IMG/VR virus record: IMGVR_UViG_2823577039_000003
Length of the DNA: 64,000 nucleotides
Strand: one strand, 5' to 3'
Source: an uncultured virus (IMG/VR IMGVR_UViG_2823577039_000003)
Taxonomy: Duplodnaviria > Heunggongvirae > Uroviricota > Caudoviricetes
Within the stretch, counting starts at the first letter, position 1. Every line of letters starts with the position of its first letter. The translations under genes and the position numbers were made by a program. This document shows, one piece after another, positions 48,178-58,348 of this stretch. A model generated the notes under the pieces. That model ran no database searches. It was not told the DNA's origin and saw only the letters and a list, made by a program, of their open reading frames with translations.

Positions 48178-49404
48178 TCACTCCTTGTAGGCTACATGGT
48201 TAGGGTAGGAAATATCAGCAATCCACTGACGAGCAGCATCTATGCCTTTCAGATTTCCATAGCCGTTGGTAGCAGCATTACCAGCGAACTCTTGTGTTAA
48301 CAACATACGATACATAAAATTGTGGTCACGGGCTGGATGTCCAGCAGGAACATTAGTAGAAGGTTGATAAGCACCTACAAACTGATTAGTTATAACTAAT
48401 CCACAGTCTGGGCAGAGACTATCAAAATATTGCACGGGATAAAGTTGACCTTTTATTTTATAATAACGTGGTGGGTCAGGATCGGTGGTGTTAGTTTTTC
48501 CACCATAGTGAATTACTTCTTCTACAACATAATCGCCGGGGTTGAGTGTTCCTAACTTAGTTCCAGTTCCACCCATAGGAGAAGTGGTAGAATTAGGGAA
48601 ACAATAGATTTCCATAGTGCTGTTATCTTGATAAGCAGTAATAGTTTTACTTAATCTAACTTTAGCCCACTTGTTAGCATCTAATCCAGAAGCCAGTGCA
48701 AAACCAATTGGTGGATAGAATTGAGTGCCTAAACCATGACCTTGCACGGTTTGATAAAGGGGTGTGGCAGTAGTGGGTTTTCCAGTAGCGGGGTCCAGAC
48801 CTTCTAATTCACCGGGTTTGCCACCGGGAGGTGACCAACGATTATCAACTAATTTACCACGGACACGCAAATCATTATGGCGAGTTAAGTGTTCATCACG
48901 GTTTTCACCAACTCCACATTGACGAGTTAAAACTTCCCACATTCGGCCTTCAGCCATGGCTTTACGATACAAGGCTTCTAAGTTTTTATCGGGCACACGC
49001 TTCCAGTTTAAACTGCGAGTAACATTGAAGTTAACTACAATATCAGAAAGAACGTTAGACCACATACCTTGTTGGCTGGGAGCACAAGGATAAGATTTTA
49101 CTTCTTTTTGCCAGTCACATCCTCTGCCGGGGTGTGTGGTCAGATGTCCAATCTCGTGTCCAATAACGAAAGTAGTGCCAGCAATCCGAGCGATATGATT
49201 AGCAGGATAACCATGATAATTGGCAGCAATACATTTTTGCATAAAACTATCGCTGAACTCTACATTTTTAGAATCGGTTTTAGCACCTTTAAAAGAATTG
49301 CCTAAGAAACATTTGACAGATCCGGGAATACCTGTAGCCTGTTTTAGAAAGGCCCAAGCATCGGCAAACTCATCGTTAGCCTGTTGAACAGCGTTGTCTG
49401 CCAT
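48178..49404 (-). CDS. HExxH zincin-like metallopeptidase (DUF2201_N-like, MoxR/vWA-associated)
   Basis: VIGHEIGHL is followed by WSNVLSDIVVN, the W-N-x-x-x-D-x-x-x-N type helix of this family. Lies between the MoxR and vWA genes. Confidence 0.65.
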   Translation of the reverse strand: MADNAVQQANDEFADAWAFLKQATGIPGSVKCFLGNSFKGAKTDSKNVEFSDSFMQKCIAANYHGYPANHIARIAGTTFVIGHEIGHLTTHPGRGCDWQKEVKSYPCAPSQQGMWSNVLSDIVVNFNVTRSLNWKRVPDKNLEALYRKAMAEGRMWEVLTRQCGVGENRDEHLTRHNDLRVRGKLVDNRWSPPGGKPGELEGLDPATGKPTTATPLYQTVQGHGLGTQFYPPIGFALASGLDANKWAKVRLSKTITAYQDNSTMEIYCFPNSTTSPMGGTGTKLGTLNPGDYVVEEVIHYGGKTNTTDPDPPRYYKIKGQLYPVQYFDSLCPDCGLVITNQFVGAYQPSTNVPAGHPARDHNFMYRMLLTQEFAGNAATNGYGNLKGIDAARQWIADISYPNHVAYKE

Positions 49405-49439
49405 GATTATAATACTACGGAGAGACTATATAAAGTTTA

Positions 49440-52400
49440 TCATTGTAGACAATCTTTGAACCGAGCGTTGAAGAAGTTACGGTCTTGCAGCGACATATTT
49501 CCAGTATCAACTAAACAAGCCTTAGCCTTAATTCGTTGCTTGGTCGGCAAACTCTTAGTTAATTCCTTCATGTAATCATTGAAAGCACCAGCCCATGCGT
49601 TGTTATCAACGAAACATTGGGTGTGATATTGTGAACTTACATCAGCAGGAACAATGTAAACTTGTGTGCCTTGTAACAATTGACCTTTTTCATCACTTTG
49701 AGTGGTTCCGATAGCGGAAGAAATACCGGCTGTAAACAACATGGTTACATATTCAGCATCAGTTTCAGAAGGTTGTGCTTCGGCTTGGTCACCGGCTCGT
49801 TGAAGTCTAACCCAAAGACGGAGTGTGTCTTCACCGTGCATACCACGGTTAGCAGCCTGTGGGGTGGTAGTTGGAGCGTGTTTAAGAACGAAACAACCAA
49901 TAACATCATCTTCAGGGGCATTGGTGGGGTCACGAATGTTTTGTTGAAGTGCACGAGAGGCTTGTTTAATCCAATCTTCTAAAGAAGTTTTACGCATAGT
50001 CATGTTGGCTGCATCACCGAAGTTCTGGAAAACATGACCATCAGTTACATACTGATCGAAAGTCTTTTGGAAGTTAGTGAGAACAGTTCCAATTTCTACT
50101 CGGCTACCACTGCGAGTGCTACCGACCTGATAGCGACCTATCACTCGCAATCCTTGGTCGGCGTTGTTTACTGCTGTAGCCAAATCAGCACCTAATGGTG
50201 AAGCGATGCTACCCGAGTTACCAAGAATCATGCCATTCAGTCCTCGGGTTTGTCCACGGTTAATCAAGATACCATATGGACCCATGCTGTCAAAGTAAGT
50301 TCTCCATCCCAAACGATTCGGTCGTGGGTTGGGGGCGTTGTTAGCATCTCCGAAGAAATCGTTTTGGCGAGGTGCTTGACGAGTTCCTGCAGGTGGTGGT
50401 GTAACTGCTTGAGGCATAGGTATAATAGAACCAGACACACAACCAGACACTTCGTTAATGTCGGAGTCAAGAATTGAATCACCAGAGATAGAACGCATCT
50501 CGGAATCCAACATCATCAACANTCTATGACGGTCATTAGTAAATAAGTTTACATCACGAGCAATAATACCACGAACTGCGTAGTAATCAAAGAGAATTGG
50601 CTCTTTGTCACTGCCTGTTGGATCNAAAATTAGATTCTGGAAGTAAGAATACATAGAGTTGTAATCACCTAATTGACTATAACTACCATCTACGCCTGCA
50701 TTTTCTACAGTATAACTTCGCTGTGGTTTGTTGGTAGAGCCAGAAGCGTTAGTAGCCATTCTTTCTTCTTCTACAACCATAGTTGCGATATGCCAGTGAA
50801 CTGGAGTAATTTCACTCAGGGAAGATTCGCTGGAATCTTTAATTTCTTGGTGAAGTGGAAGCAAGACATCTCGCTCGTATTGCCAAACTGATGGCACAGA
50901 GGCGAGAACATCACGGCAACGTTGGTAAAACANGTCAAAGTTATCCAAAAGATTTTGTCCTTCTTGGCCAACACCAGTCGTAACACCTTTGTTTTGAATG
51001 TATCCACGAACCAATACTTCTCGTAGGAACTCTTGTTCGTTAACATATTTAATAGTGCTTCCGTCCAGACCCTTGTTGTTTCCTTGTAGGTCAAGAGCAC
51101 CGGCTTTAGCACGACCCAAACGGTGTGCCAGACAGTATGGAACTGCGTCCAGAATATCTTGTCGGCCTACATATTCCTTGCCACGCAAGAAAGAGAAGGC
51201 TTGTGCCAATTTAACAATAGAGTTAGTGAAACGGAAACCGAGAACACGAGTAAAGGCTGAAGGAACGTGAGACAAGTCATCAGAAGTTCCGAAATCACCG
51301 AAAGATAGAATTGAGTCGGCATCTTCGGCTCCAATCAGGGGTGTTGTGGTAGATTCTCCAGAAGTTTCGGTGTTAGTGGTAATAGAATAATCCAAAAGTG
51401 GAGATTCGTGAACGTTACCAATACCAGTAGCGAAACTGTATTCCAATTCATCGCTTCCAGCAGCGATAGATGTAGGTCGCTTAGCGAAACGCTGAGAGAA
51501 CAGCATAGAAATCATACCGATATCACGGAGACCGTTGTAAGAAGATCCCGGGGGTGTGAATCCAAGGCTGCCGACAGTTGTCCACACCTTCATTAAGTCA
51601 TCAATACGCATAGGTATGAGAGTTTTACGGTTGTTTTGAGTTAATTCTTTAACAATACGAAGTTGTGGTTCACCACTGCCTCCGCCACCGTATTTACCCA
51701 TTAGTTGGTCATAACGACCACCGAGTCCAACGGAACGGAATAGTAATTCCATGTCAATACGATCGGTAAATGCCAAATCGTTTCCTTTTTGGTGAGGGTT
51801 AGTATCCATCCAAGCAACGAATGGTGGTGAGTTAAACACTTTACCACGATATTCTACTTTTCGCTCGGCAATAAGACCCAGAATTGCGTCTTCTACACCA
51901 GATTGAGAACGGTTGGCTTCGTTAAAGAACTTAATAGGTTGGGTAACAATTGGTTTTGGCTCAGGTTCAAACACGAAAGTGTTGGTAGTAGCACCAGTGA
52001 TAGCAGAGGTTTCTTCAACACTCTGGATTTCCAGACCGTAAAGAACTTCATCAGGTCGCTTATCATAATCTAATTTAGCCACACCGATTTCACCGAGCAT
52101 TTCCATACCGATAGCATCAATACCACCACGAGAAGTAGCACGAATATCACGCAAGAAGTGGCACATCATTTCACGAAGCCAATATCCTTCGTTACGACCA
52201 GCATCAGTGTAGATACCATCAAGTTCGGCAGCAAATATAAGTTGCTTACGAGCCGGTTCGGGAATACTACCCATGATTTGACCATAGAAAGAAGAGTTTA
52301 CTTTAGCGTTGCGAAGAGACATTTCAAACGGTCCATAACTGGGTTTGGAACCTTGCTCAAAGGCAATAAATTGACCTTGGTCATCTAAAATCTTGATAGG

Positions 52401-53969
52401 TTTAACATAGATTTCTTTTTCGGTTTCTGCATAGGCTTCTGAAGTAGGATCCCAGTTAGGGTGGTCAGCATAGGAGTTAGTTCCCATATCATTCCAGAGT
52501 CCAATGTCAAAATCTTTTGGAACACGAACTTCCCAACAGTTTTGTAGTAGATTACGATAAGTTTCAATAGTAACTTCACGCTTAGAGTCTACAGGTGGGA
52601 ACAACATATCTCCACGATGATTGGTAGTTTCTTCTTCTTGGTTGCGAAGGAACTTAAAGTTATAAAGATAAGAACCACTGCGTTGTGGGGAAGAATAATT
52701 ATAATTATTTGAGGCATCTACTGGAGGGTGTGACCAAGAAGTAAATCTCCAACTTTCCCAAACACCAGCAGTATCAGCGTAGGACTTTTGGTTGTAGTTA
52801 ATATCATAATACATACCTTTCTCAAAAATGAGTGGCTGGTAAATGTTATCACTACTGGAGTTATCGCCAAAGAAATTACGGGGGTCAGCAGAACTACCCA
52901 AGTTGGTTAAATATTGTTCACCGGCAGAATAGGTCTTGGAAGTATGGTAACCATAAGAGTTAGCCAAAAGGGTAGAAGCACATTCAATAACTGTGGTTTT
53001 TCCAGTTCCGGGGATACCAGACAACCGACAGGTAGAGTTCTTCATCAACCATGCTGCAATCAAGGCTTCTAATTGTTTGTAATCGTCAAAACCGAAAACA
53101 TCATTGAGTTTGAAAATAAGAGTTCGCATCCACTTCAACAAGTCAACACGTTGTTGTCGGCGTTCTTTTTCACCAATCAATTCTTTAAACTCTTCAAGGG
53201 CATTCATAATAGAACCGCCCATGCCATCCGCCTTGTAACGGTTAATAGAATCGTTTTCTAAATTGGTAAACACAGAGTTATCTATAACTTGTTGAACCTC
53301 TACTTCACCGTCAGAGTTAACTGGTAGGTTGAGAATAGAAGTAACATCGGCACCATTTATATCTACTAACTGAATAAATCGGGGTCGTCCATCACGATCG
53401 TCTAAAATATCTATACGAGCAATATCGCTAAGCGGAGTCATAGAGACGACATCACTAAGTCCACCATCATTCATAGAAGCAATTTTAGCAATTAAGTTAG
53501 TGGCTCGGTCACCAATAACGCTTTCCAGATTTTGGAGTAGTAATTGTTTGCCGTCTAATTTAGCCTCACCTTCGGGAACAAAAATAGGTGTAACTACTTC
53601 ATTAGGGAGCAATCCCATAAGTTCGTCATCATCTAAAACTTCGGAAAGATAATTGGCTTCCATAGCCTGCTTGATAGCATCTACTTCTACTTCATCAACA
53701 CCTAAGTTATTCATAGGTTGTGGGCTGTCAGGGATTTCAGGAATTACTTCTTCATTATCATCTAAATCTTCAAAGAAAGATTCATCTTGAGACAAGTCTT
53801 GGATTTCTTCAATCTCTTCCATAAGTTCTTCAACCTCGGGTTCAGAAGGAACATCAGTGGAATCTATTTCCATTTCTTCCATGAGGTCATCCATGTCATC
53901 CATGTCTAAAGGTTGAAGTTCTTCAACTTGTTCTTCATCTTCGTCAGCATTAAAGTGTTCTTCGGTCAT
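49440..53969 (-). CDS. Giant MoxR-family AAA+ ATPase with large insertions
   Basis: Walker A GIPGTGKT, Walker B-like FFNEANR, MDTNP, AFTDRI, and lid AQAFSFLRGKEYVGRQDILDAVPYCLAHRL. Acidic N-terminus. Confidence 0.8.
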   Translation of the reverse strand: MTEEHFNADEDEEQVEELQPLDMDDMDDLMEEMEIDSTDVPSEPEVEELMEEIEEIQDLSQDESFFEDLDDNEEVIPEIPDSPQPMNNLGVDEVEVDAIKQAMEANYLSEVLDDDELMGLLPNEVVTPIFVPEGEAKLDGKQLLLQNLESVIGDRATNLIAKIASMNDGGLSDVVSMTPLSDIARIDILDDRDGRPRFIQLVDINGADVTSILNLPVNSDGEVEVQQVIDNSVFTNLENDSINRYKADGMGGSIMNALEEFKELIGEKERRQQRVDLLKWMRTLIFKLNDVFGFDDYKQLEALIAAWLMKNSTCRLSGIPGTGKTTVIECASTLLANSYGYHTSKTYSAGEQYLTNLGSSADPRNFFGDNSSSDNIYQPLIFEKGMYYDINYNQKSYADTAGVWESWRFTSWSHPPVDASNNYNYSSPQRSGSYLYNFKFLRNQEEETTNHRGDMLFPPVDSKREVTIETYRNLLQNCWEVRVPKDFDIGLWNDMGTNSYADHPNWDPTSEAYAETEKEIYVKPIKILDDQGQFIAFEQGSKPSYGPFEMSLRNAKVNSSFYGQIMGSIPEPARKQLIFAAELDGIYTDAGRNEGYWLREMMCHFLRDIRATSRGGIDAIGMEMLGEIGVAKLDYDKRPDEVLYGLEIQSVEETSAITGATTNTFVFEPEPKPIVTQPIKFFNEANRSQSGVEDAILGLIAERKVEYRGKVFNSPPFVAWMDTNPHQKGNDLAFTDRIDMELLFRSVGLGGRYDQLMGKYGGGGSGEPQLRIVKELTQNNRKTLIPMRIDDLMKVWTTVGSLGFTPPGSSYNGLRDIGMISMLFSQRFAKRPTSIAAGSDELEYSFATGIGNVHESPLLDYSITTNTETSGESTTTPLIGAEDADSILSFGDFGTSDDLSHVPSAFTRVLGFRFTNSIVKLAQAFSFLRGKEYVGRQDILDAVPYCLAHRLGRAKAGALDLQGNNKGLDGSTIKYVNEQEFLREVLVRGYIQNKGVTTGVGQEGQNLLDNFDXFYQRCRDVLASVPSVWQYERDVLLPLHQEIKDSSESSLSEITPVHWHIATMVVEEERMATNASGSTNKPQRSYTVENAGVDGSYSQLGDYNSMYSYFQNLIXDPTGSDKEPILFDYYAVRGIIARDVNLFTNDRHRXLMMLDSEMRSISGDSILDSDINEVSGCVSGSIIPMPQAVTPPPAGTRQAPRQNDFFGDANNAPNPRPNRLGWRTYFDSMGPYGILINRGQTRGLNGMILGNSGSIASPLGADLATAVNNADQGLRVIGRYQVGSTRSGSRVEIGTVLTNFQKTFDQYVTDGHVFQNFGDAANMTMRKTSLEDWIKQASRALQQNIRDPTNAPEDDVIGCFVLKHAPTTTPQAANRGMHGEDTLRLWVRLQRAGDQAEAQPSETDAEYVTMLFTAGISSAIGTTQSDEKGQLLQGTQVYIVPADVSSQYHTQCFVDNNAWAGAFNDYMKELTKSLPTKQRIKAKACLVDTGNMSLQDRNFFNARFKDCLQ

Positions 53970-56173
53970 TATTGTGCCTCCTGTTGGTAGTTAAGATCCA
54001 ATTCAATAAGAACTGGTTGCCCTCCCCGACGACCAATAATATAGTATTTGCGTCCGATGCGGAAAGCCACAGCACCAGTAGCATTTTGGTCGGTGGCTGA
54101 TGGATTAGGTAGATTGAAAGAAGGGGCCATACGGTTGCTACGACGAATCATCTTTTGAGTTTCATACATAGCAGCAGCATTTCCAGAATGAACTTCAATG
54201 GAATCTACTTGTCCCTTGACTTCCTCACCATTACGGTCAAAAGCCATAACTTCTCCGTCAGCATTTGGAATCTGAATAACTTTAGTTTTACCATTGTGTT
54301 CAAAAGTAAGGGTAGCATCACTACAAGTATCATAGCCCAGAGCGTTTCCATCGCTATCTAAAGCAGGAACTAAAGCACTGGTTTGAACACTCTTGAGTGC
54401 CATAACCTTATCCATTTGGTCTACTAAACCTAATTCGTTATTAACGCCTTCAATATCTAAATCTATTTGGTCGCCCGGGAAAATAAGAGCACTCAAGCGA
54501 CTTTCTGAATCCTGAATGCGACCACTAAACAAATCAGTAGTGCGAGCACCAGCATAATCAAAGTCTAAAAAGACCTTAATATATTTATTTTGAACGTCTA
54601 CACTTTGGTCTGCAGTTCCAGCAACTCTGGCCAAAAGTTCATCAGCCGGAAGTGTGCTACCATCAAGGTCAGTCATTTCTTGTTCATAAACATCCACAGT
54701 GGCTACAGGAGTAGTGTCTACAGAATAGAAAAAGATTTGGGCTGCTGGGTTGGCTTCTGTCCAAGTAGGAATATTTTCTGTCCAAGCATCACCATTTTGA
54801 GGAAATCCTAAATCACTGGCAGTCAAGCCAGAGTCTTCAGAATGTTGAGTAATAATTTGTAAAACAGATTGAGTAAGTTCTACCGATTGATTGGCAGTCA
54901 TTAATCCACTGGTTTGAGTAGCAAGGATAGCGTTTTTAGAAGCAATTTCAGTGATGGTGCCATCAATGACTTTAAAAATAGTGGCTCCATTTTTATTCTT
55001 GGCTTCAAAGAGTTCAATCTTGTTAGCACTGCCGGGGCGTGACCACTTCAGAGTGAAATCAGCGATATTGTCTGAACTAAGGTTTTCTGCCTTTTGCTCG
55101 CCACCACTACCTAAAAGATTAGCCATAGTAGTAAACTTTAATTTCATTCCAGATTGGACTATAATAACACCTTGGTCGGAAAGACGAGCAGGAGTATTAG
55201 GATCGGCATCCCAATTTTCAGGGTCTACCAAGAACTCACTGAACTGGAGAACACCATCTTCAGCAGCAGGAGTCAAAAGGAAATAAATTGGTTGTTCTTT
55301 TAGAGGGTAAGGATACATACCACTGGAAGTTTTGTCTCTTTCTTCCCACTTAGGGATGGACAAACGACGATTATCTGTATTAGCATTAGTATATGCCTTC
55401 TGAACCTTGGCCGTTAACTTCTCTTGCATAGCAGATTCGCCTTCTGCCAATGTAATTGCTGGTTCTTCTACAACTTCTTCAACAACTTCGGGAGTTTCTT
55501 CAGTTTCTTCGGTTTCTTCAGCAGGGGTGGGTGCGGGAGGGGATGTGGTTGGTGGTGCAGGTGGCACAGGATTCGCCGGGGTTGAGGTTGCAGTTCCTGT
55601 GAGCATTTGGTTGATACCACGGTCACCAATAACATAACTGGCTCCAACACTAACGGGGAACTCAGTAGTATAGTTAGTTCCTGCGGCCACTTTCTTAGCC
55701 GATGCAATCCAACTGGCAGTCGGTGAACCAGAATTAGCAATTTCTAAAATGTTAGCAGCCATCTGACCATTATGATCAAAGAAGGTAGCATTGAGAGCAC
55801 GAGATGGTGGTGTCACACCTGCAGGTGTAGTTTTAGCCGTCTTTTGTGTTCCAGTAGTAGCCTTGCCCCTAACTTGAATATGACGAGTATAATCATCCTT
55901 TTCTACGAGGTCATTGAAACCCAGACGTTGTGAAATAGCATCTGCGTCTGGTAGACTTTGCTTCATAGTAGAGATTTGAGCATATCGTTGAGTATTACCT
56001 GTGGTTCCCAAAAGAGGTTTGGAACGATTAGAAAGTGGGATAGTAAATCCATTATCATTAAGTAAATCTACCACGTCATCAATGAGTGGTCCCTTAATGA
56101 CAGCATCTTTAAGAGCCTCGGTTTGAAGATACTGAATGATGGTATCACACTGAACACTATTCAGGACTGGCAT
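53969..56173 (-). CDS. Hypothetical large protein, first gene of the MoxR transcription unit
   Basis: Start MPVLNS follows the promoter at 56193-56203. Pro/Glu linker; TAATG coupling to the MoxR gene. Confidence 0.6.
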   Translation of the reverse strand: MPVLNSVQCDTIIQYLQTEALKDAVIKGPLIDDVVDLLNDNGFTIPLSNRSKPLLGTTGNTQRYAQISTMKQSLPDADAISQRLGFNDLVEKDDYTRHIQVRGKATTGTQKTAKTTPAGVTPPSRALNATFFDHNGQMAANILEIANSGSPTASWIASAKKVAAGTNYTTEFPVSVGASYVIGDRGINQMLTGTATSTPANPVPPAPPTTSPPAPTPAEETEETEETPEVVEEVVEEPAITLAEGESAMQEKLTAKVQKAYTNANTDNRRLSIPKWEERDKTSSGMYPYPLKEQPIYFLLTPAAEDGVLQFSEFLVDPENWDADPNTPARLSDQGVIIVQSGMKLKFTTMANLLGSGGEQKAENLSSDNIADFTLKWSRPGSANKIELFEAKNKNGATIFKVIDGTITEIASKNAILATQTSGLMTANQSVELTQSVLQIITQHSEDSGLTASDLGFPQNGDAWTENIPTWTEANPAAQIFFYSVDTTPVATVDVYEQEMTDLDGSTLPADELLARVAGTADQSVDVQNKYIKVFLDFDYAGARTTDLFSGRIQDSESRLSALIFPGDQIDLDIEGVNNELGLVDQMDKVMALKSVQTSALVPALDSDGNALGYDTCSDATLTFEHNGKTKVIQIPNADGEVMAFDRNGEEVKGQVDSIEVHSGNAAAMYETQKMIRRSNRMAPSFNLPNPSATDQNATGAVAFRIGRKYYIIGRRGGQPVLIELDLNYQQEAQ

Positions 56174-56192
56174 AGTTATGAATGCCTCTCCC

Positions 56193-56203
56193 AACTATTT
56201 ATA
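56193..56203 (-). promoter_or_regulatory. TATA promoter TATAAATAGTT
   Basis: 19 nt spacer to ATG 56173. Confidence 0.8.
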
Positions 56204-56217
56204 GTTTAGGGTTATAG

Positions 56218-56652
56218 TTATATTTGGCGACCTTGTTCCCTTAAACCTTTGATTGCAGATGCACGAACAAATTGATAAACACGAGAAAACCATGCTACTT
56301 GAGAGTCAAAGAAATCTACTACATATTGCAACTGTTTATCTACCCTACCATAAGGACGTAAGGCTACTAAAAAATCTCGGAAATTAGAATTGGCCCAAAC
56401 TGATAGTCCTACATCAGAAAGTGAAGATAAAAACTCATCATTTATCATTAACTGGTCAAACAACGGAGTGCGATCTTCTTCAGTGTTGGGAACGTAGTAA
56501 GGATTGAGGCCAATAAATCTATCAGCCATTTCTAAATAGGAATTAACATGAATGCTGGTAACCCATTCCAACCAACCATCAATTTGAACTTGACAAAATC
56601 TTGCCCAAACAGGGTTGACTTCCTCAACTTCACTCTTCTTCTCCGACATCAT
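56218..56652 (-). CDS. Hypothetical helical protein
   Basis: Overlaps the end of the upstream gene; SD GTGGAG. Confidence 0.55.
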   Translation of the reverse strand: MMSEKKSEVEEVNPVWARFCQVQIDGWLEWVTSIHVNSYLEMADRFIGLNPYYVPNTEEDRTPLFDQLMINDEFLSSLSDVGLSVWANSNFRDFLVALRPYGRVDKQLQYVVDFFDSQVAWFSRVYQFVRASAIKGLREQGRQI

Positions 56653-57793
56653 TCTCCACGACTCCTTCATCAATGATTTCGGCTTCAATTACTGGTTCTT
56701 CAATAATTTCTTCTTCTGGTGTTGGGTAAGAAACTACTTCGTCAAAGTCATTAGGGTTAAACTCTTCTTCTTCCCATGGGGCTTCTACTGATTCCTCGGT
56801 TTCTTCTAAGACACTCAAGTCAATTGGTTCAAGGAAACCAGAAAAGGAGGGAACTTGTCTAACTTCGCCGTTCATTGGATTAGTATCACCTTCTAAGTTC
56901 TGTGGCACAGGCATCTTATCAGAATCTTTGAAAGTCACTTTACTGGTATGAGAAATCTTTTGCTTTTCCATTTTCATGGCTTCATTGATTTTCTCTAATC
57001 CTAAATCTAAAGAGATGCCATCGCCTTTAGTATAATCAATAGCGTTGCTGGTTCTACCAAAGTTATTAGTTTTCAATTGGCGATCGCTGCCTTTGATTTG
57101 GTCTAAAGACATACCTTGTTCAGCAGCCAATCTTTCTAAACCAACAGTCATAAAAGTATTGTGAACTTCAGCATTGTATTCTTCTTCTTTGCTGGGTTGA
57201 ATGCCCATGGCTTCTTCCCAATCTACACCTTCTGTAAAGATATTTCTTTCAACAGGAATACCTTCATTAACTGCCCGGGGTTTGGGCATAGGTTTTACCT
57301 CGGTTTCAGGGGCGACTTCTTCGCCAACAGGTTCCATGGTTTCTCCGATGAATAATCCCATGTCGCCAGTGGACTGTGCTTCTTTAATTTGATTAAGGAA
57401 ATCACGGTCTTCGTCTGATAACTCTTTCTGTTTGCCAGCGAAATATTCCATAGCGTTTTTGACTACAGGTGTGACATCAGTTAAGAACTCAATAAGACTG
57501 CCTGCAGTTTGAGCCGTAGGGCTGGAAGAAATACTATCTCCAACACCATATTTATCTAAGAAATTAAGAACAGGAACTAAGACTTTATCAGACATATCTG
57601 GGTCTACATTAAACTTACGAGCCAAATCTGCTTGATTGTTACTCCCTACCAGCATTTCCATCAAAGACTTTTGCTTTTCTTGCTTTGCTTTAGAAGTAAG
57701 TTTAGGGGCTTTTCTTTCTTGAGCCAACAAACGCTCAACTTCATCAAGTTCATCTCGTTGAATAAGATGATCAAAGGGATTATCCTCAGCCAT
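56630..57793 (-). CDS. Acidic hypothetical protein
   Basis: Start MAEDNP follows the promoter at 57813-57823. Glu-rich C-terminus. Confidence 0.6.
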   Translation of the reverse strand: MAEDNPFDHLIQRDELDEVERLLAQERKAPKLTSKAKQEKQKSLMEMLVGSNNQADLARKFNVDPDMSDKVLVPVLNFLDKYGVGDSISSSPTAQTAGSLIEFLTDVTPVVKNAMEYFAGKQKELSDEDRDFLNQIKEAQSTGDMGLFIGETMEPVGEEVAPETEVKPMPKPRAVNEGIPVERNIFTEGVDWEEAMGIQPSKEEEYNAEVHNTFMTVGLERLAAEQGMSLDQIKGSDRQLKTNNFGRTSNAIDYTKGDGISLDLGLEKINEAMKMEKQKISHTSKVTFKDSDKMPVPQNLEGDTNPMNGEVRQVPSFSGFLEPIDLSVLEETEESVEAPWEEEEFNPNDFDEVVSYPTPEEEIIEEPVIEAEIIDEGVVENDVGEEE

Positions 57794-57818
57794 AATATCC
57801 CATCGTTGTTTCTTGTAT

Positions 57819-58337
57819 TTATATCTTATGGTGCCGACCAACTGCGATATCAAATCCTACTTTGAGTGCATCCACCCAAACTTCATTCATAGTTTGCCCT
57901 TCATCTCGTTGTTCACGGATAGAAGATTCTATGGCATCAGCGGCTTGGCGTAGCGAATTAGCCAAAATAGATTGTAAAAAGGAATCGTCATCTACGGAGT
58001 TAGCAGCCGACTTATCAATGAAATCACATAATTGATGTGTTAATTTACGCATTTCTCGTTCACGGAAACTGGTTTTCACAGACATAATTTGATGAAAGAA
58101 GTCAGACTCTACGGCTTGCTTCATTTTATCCTGTGCAGGAATGTCTTGGTCTTCTAATACTTGTAACATAGACATAAAGTTATCAAAATATTCTTCAGAA
58201 TGGTCGGGGTCAGAAACTCCTATCTGGTCCATGAAAGAATCAAATTGAACTAAAAGGTTATGTTGTCGCTCTTTTTCTAAAAGACGGCGATAACTCTTCA
58301 ACATGGTTTGCATACCTTTTAGATCCAGTTTATCCAA
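57819..58337 (-). CDS. Hypothetical helical protein
   Basis: TTG start with SD GAGGTGAT. Confidence 0.55.
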   Translation of the reverse strand: MDKLDLKGMQTMLKSYRRLLEKERQHNLLVQFDSFMDQIGVSDPDHSEEYFDNFMSMLQVLEDQDIPAQDKMKQAVESDFFHQIMSVKTSFREREMRKLTHQLCDFIDKSAANSVDDDSFLQSILANSLRQAADAIESSIREQRDEGQTMNEVWVDALKVGFDIAVGRHHKI

Positions 58338-58348
58338 AGTTAATCACC

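Noticed and set aside
51930..52990. Intein in the MoxR ATPase insertion
   Set aside because: I found no convincing intein block A, no terminal HN-[CST] and no LAGLIDADG motif.
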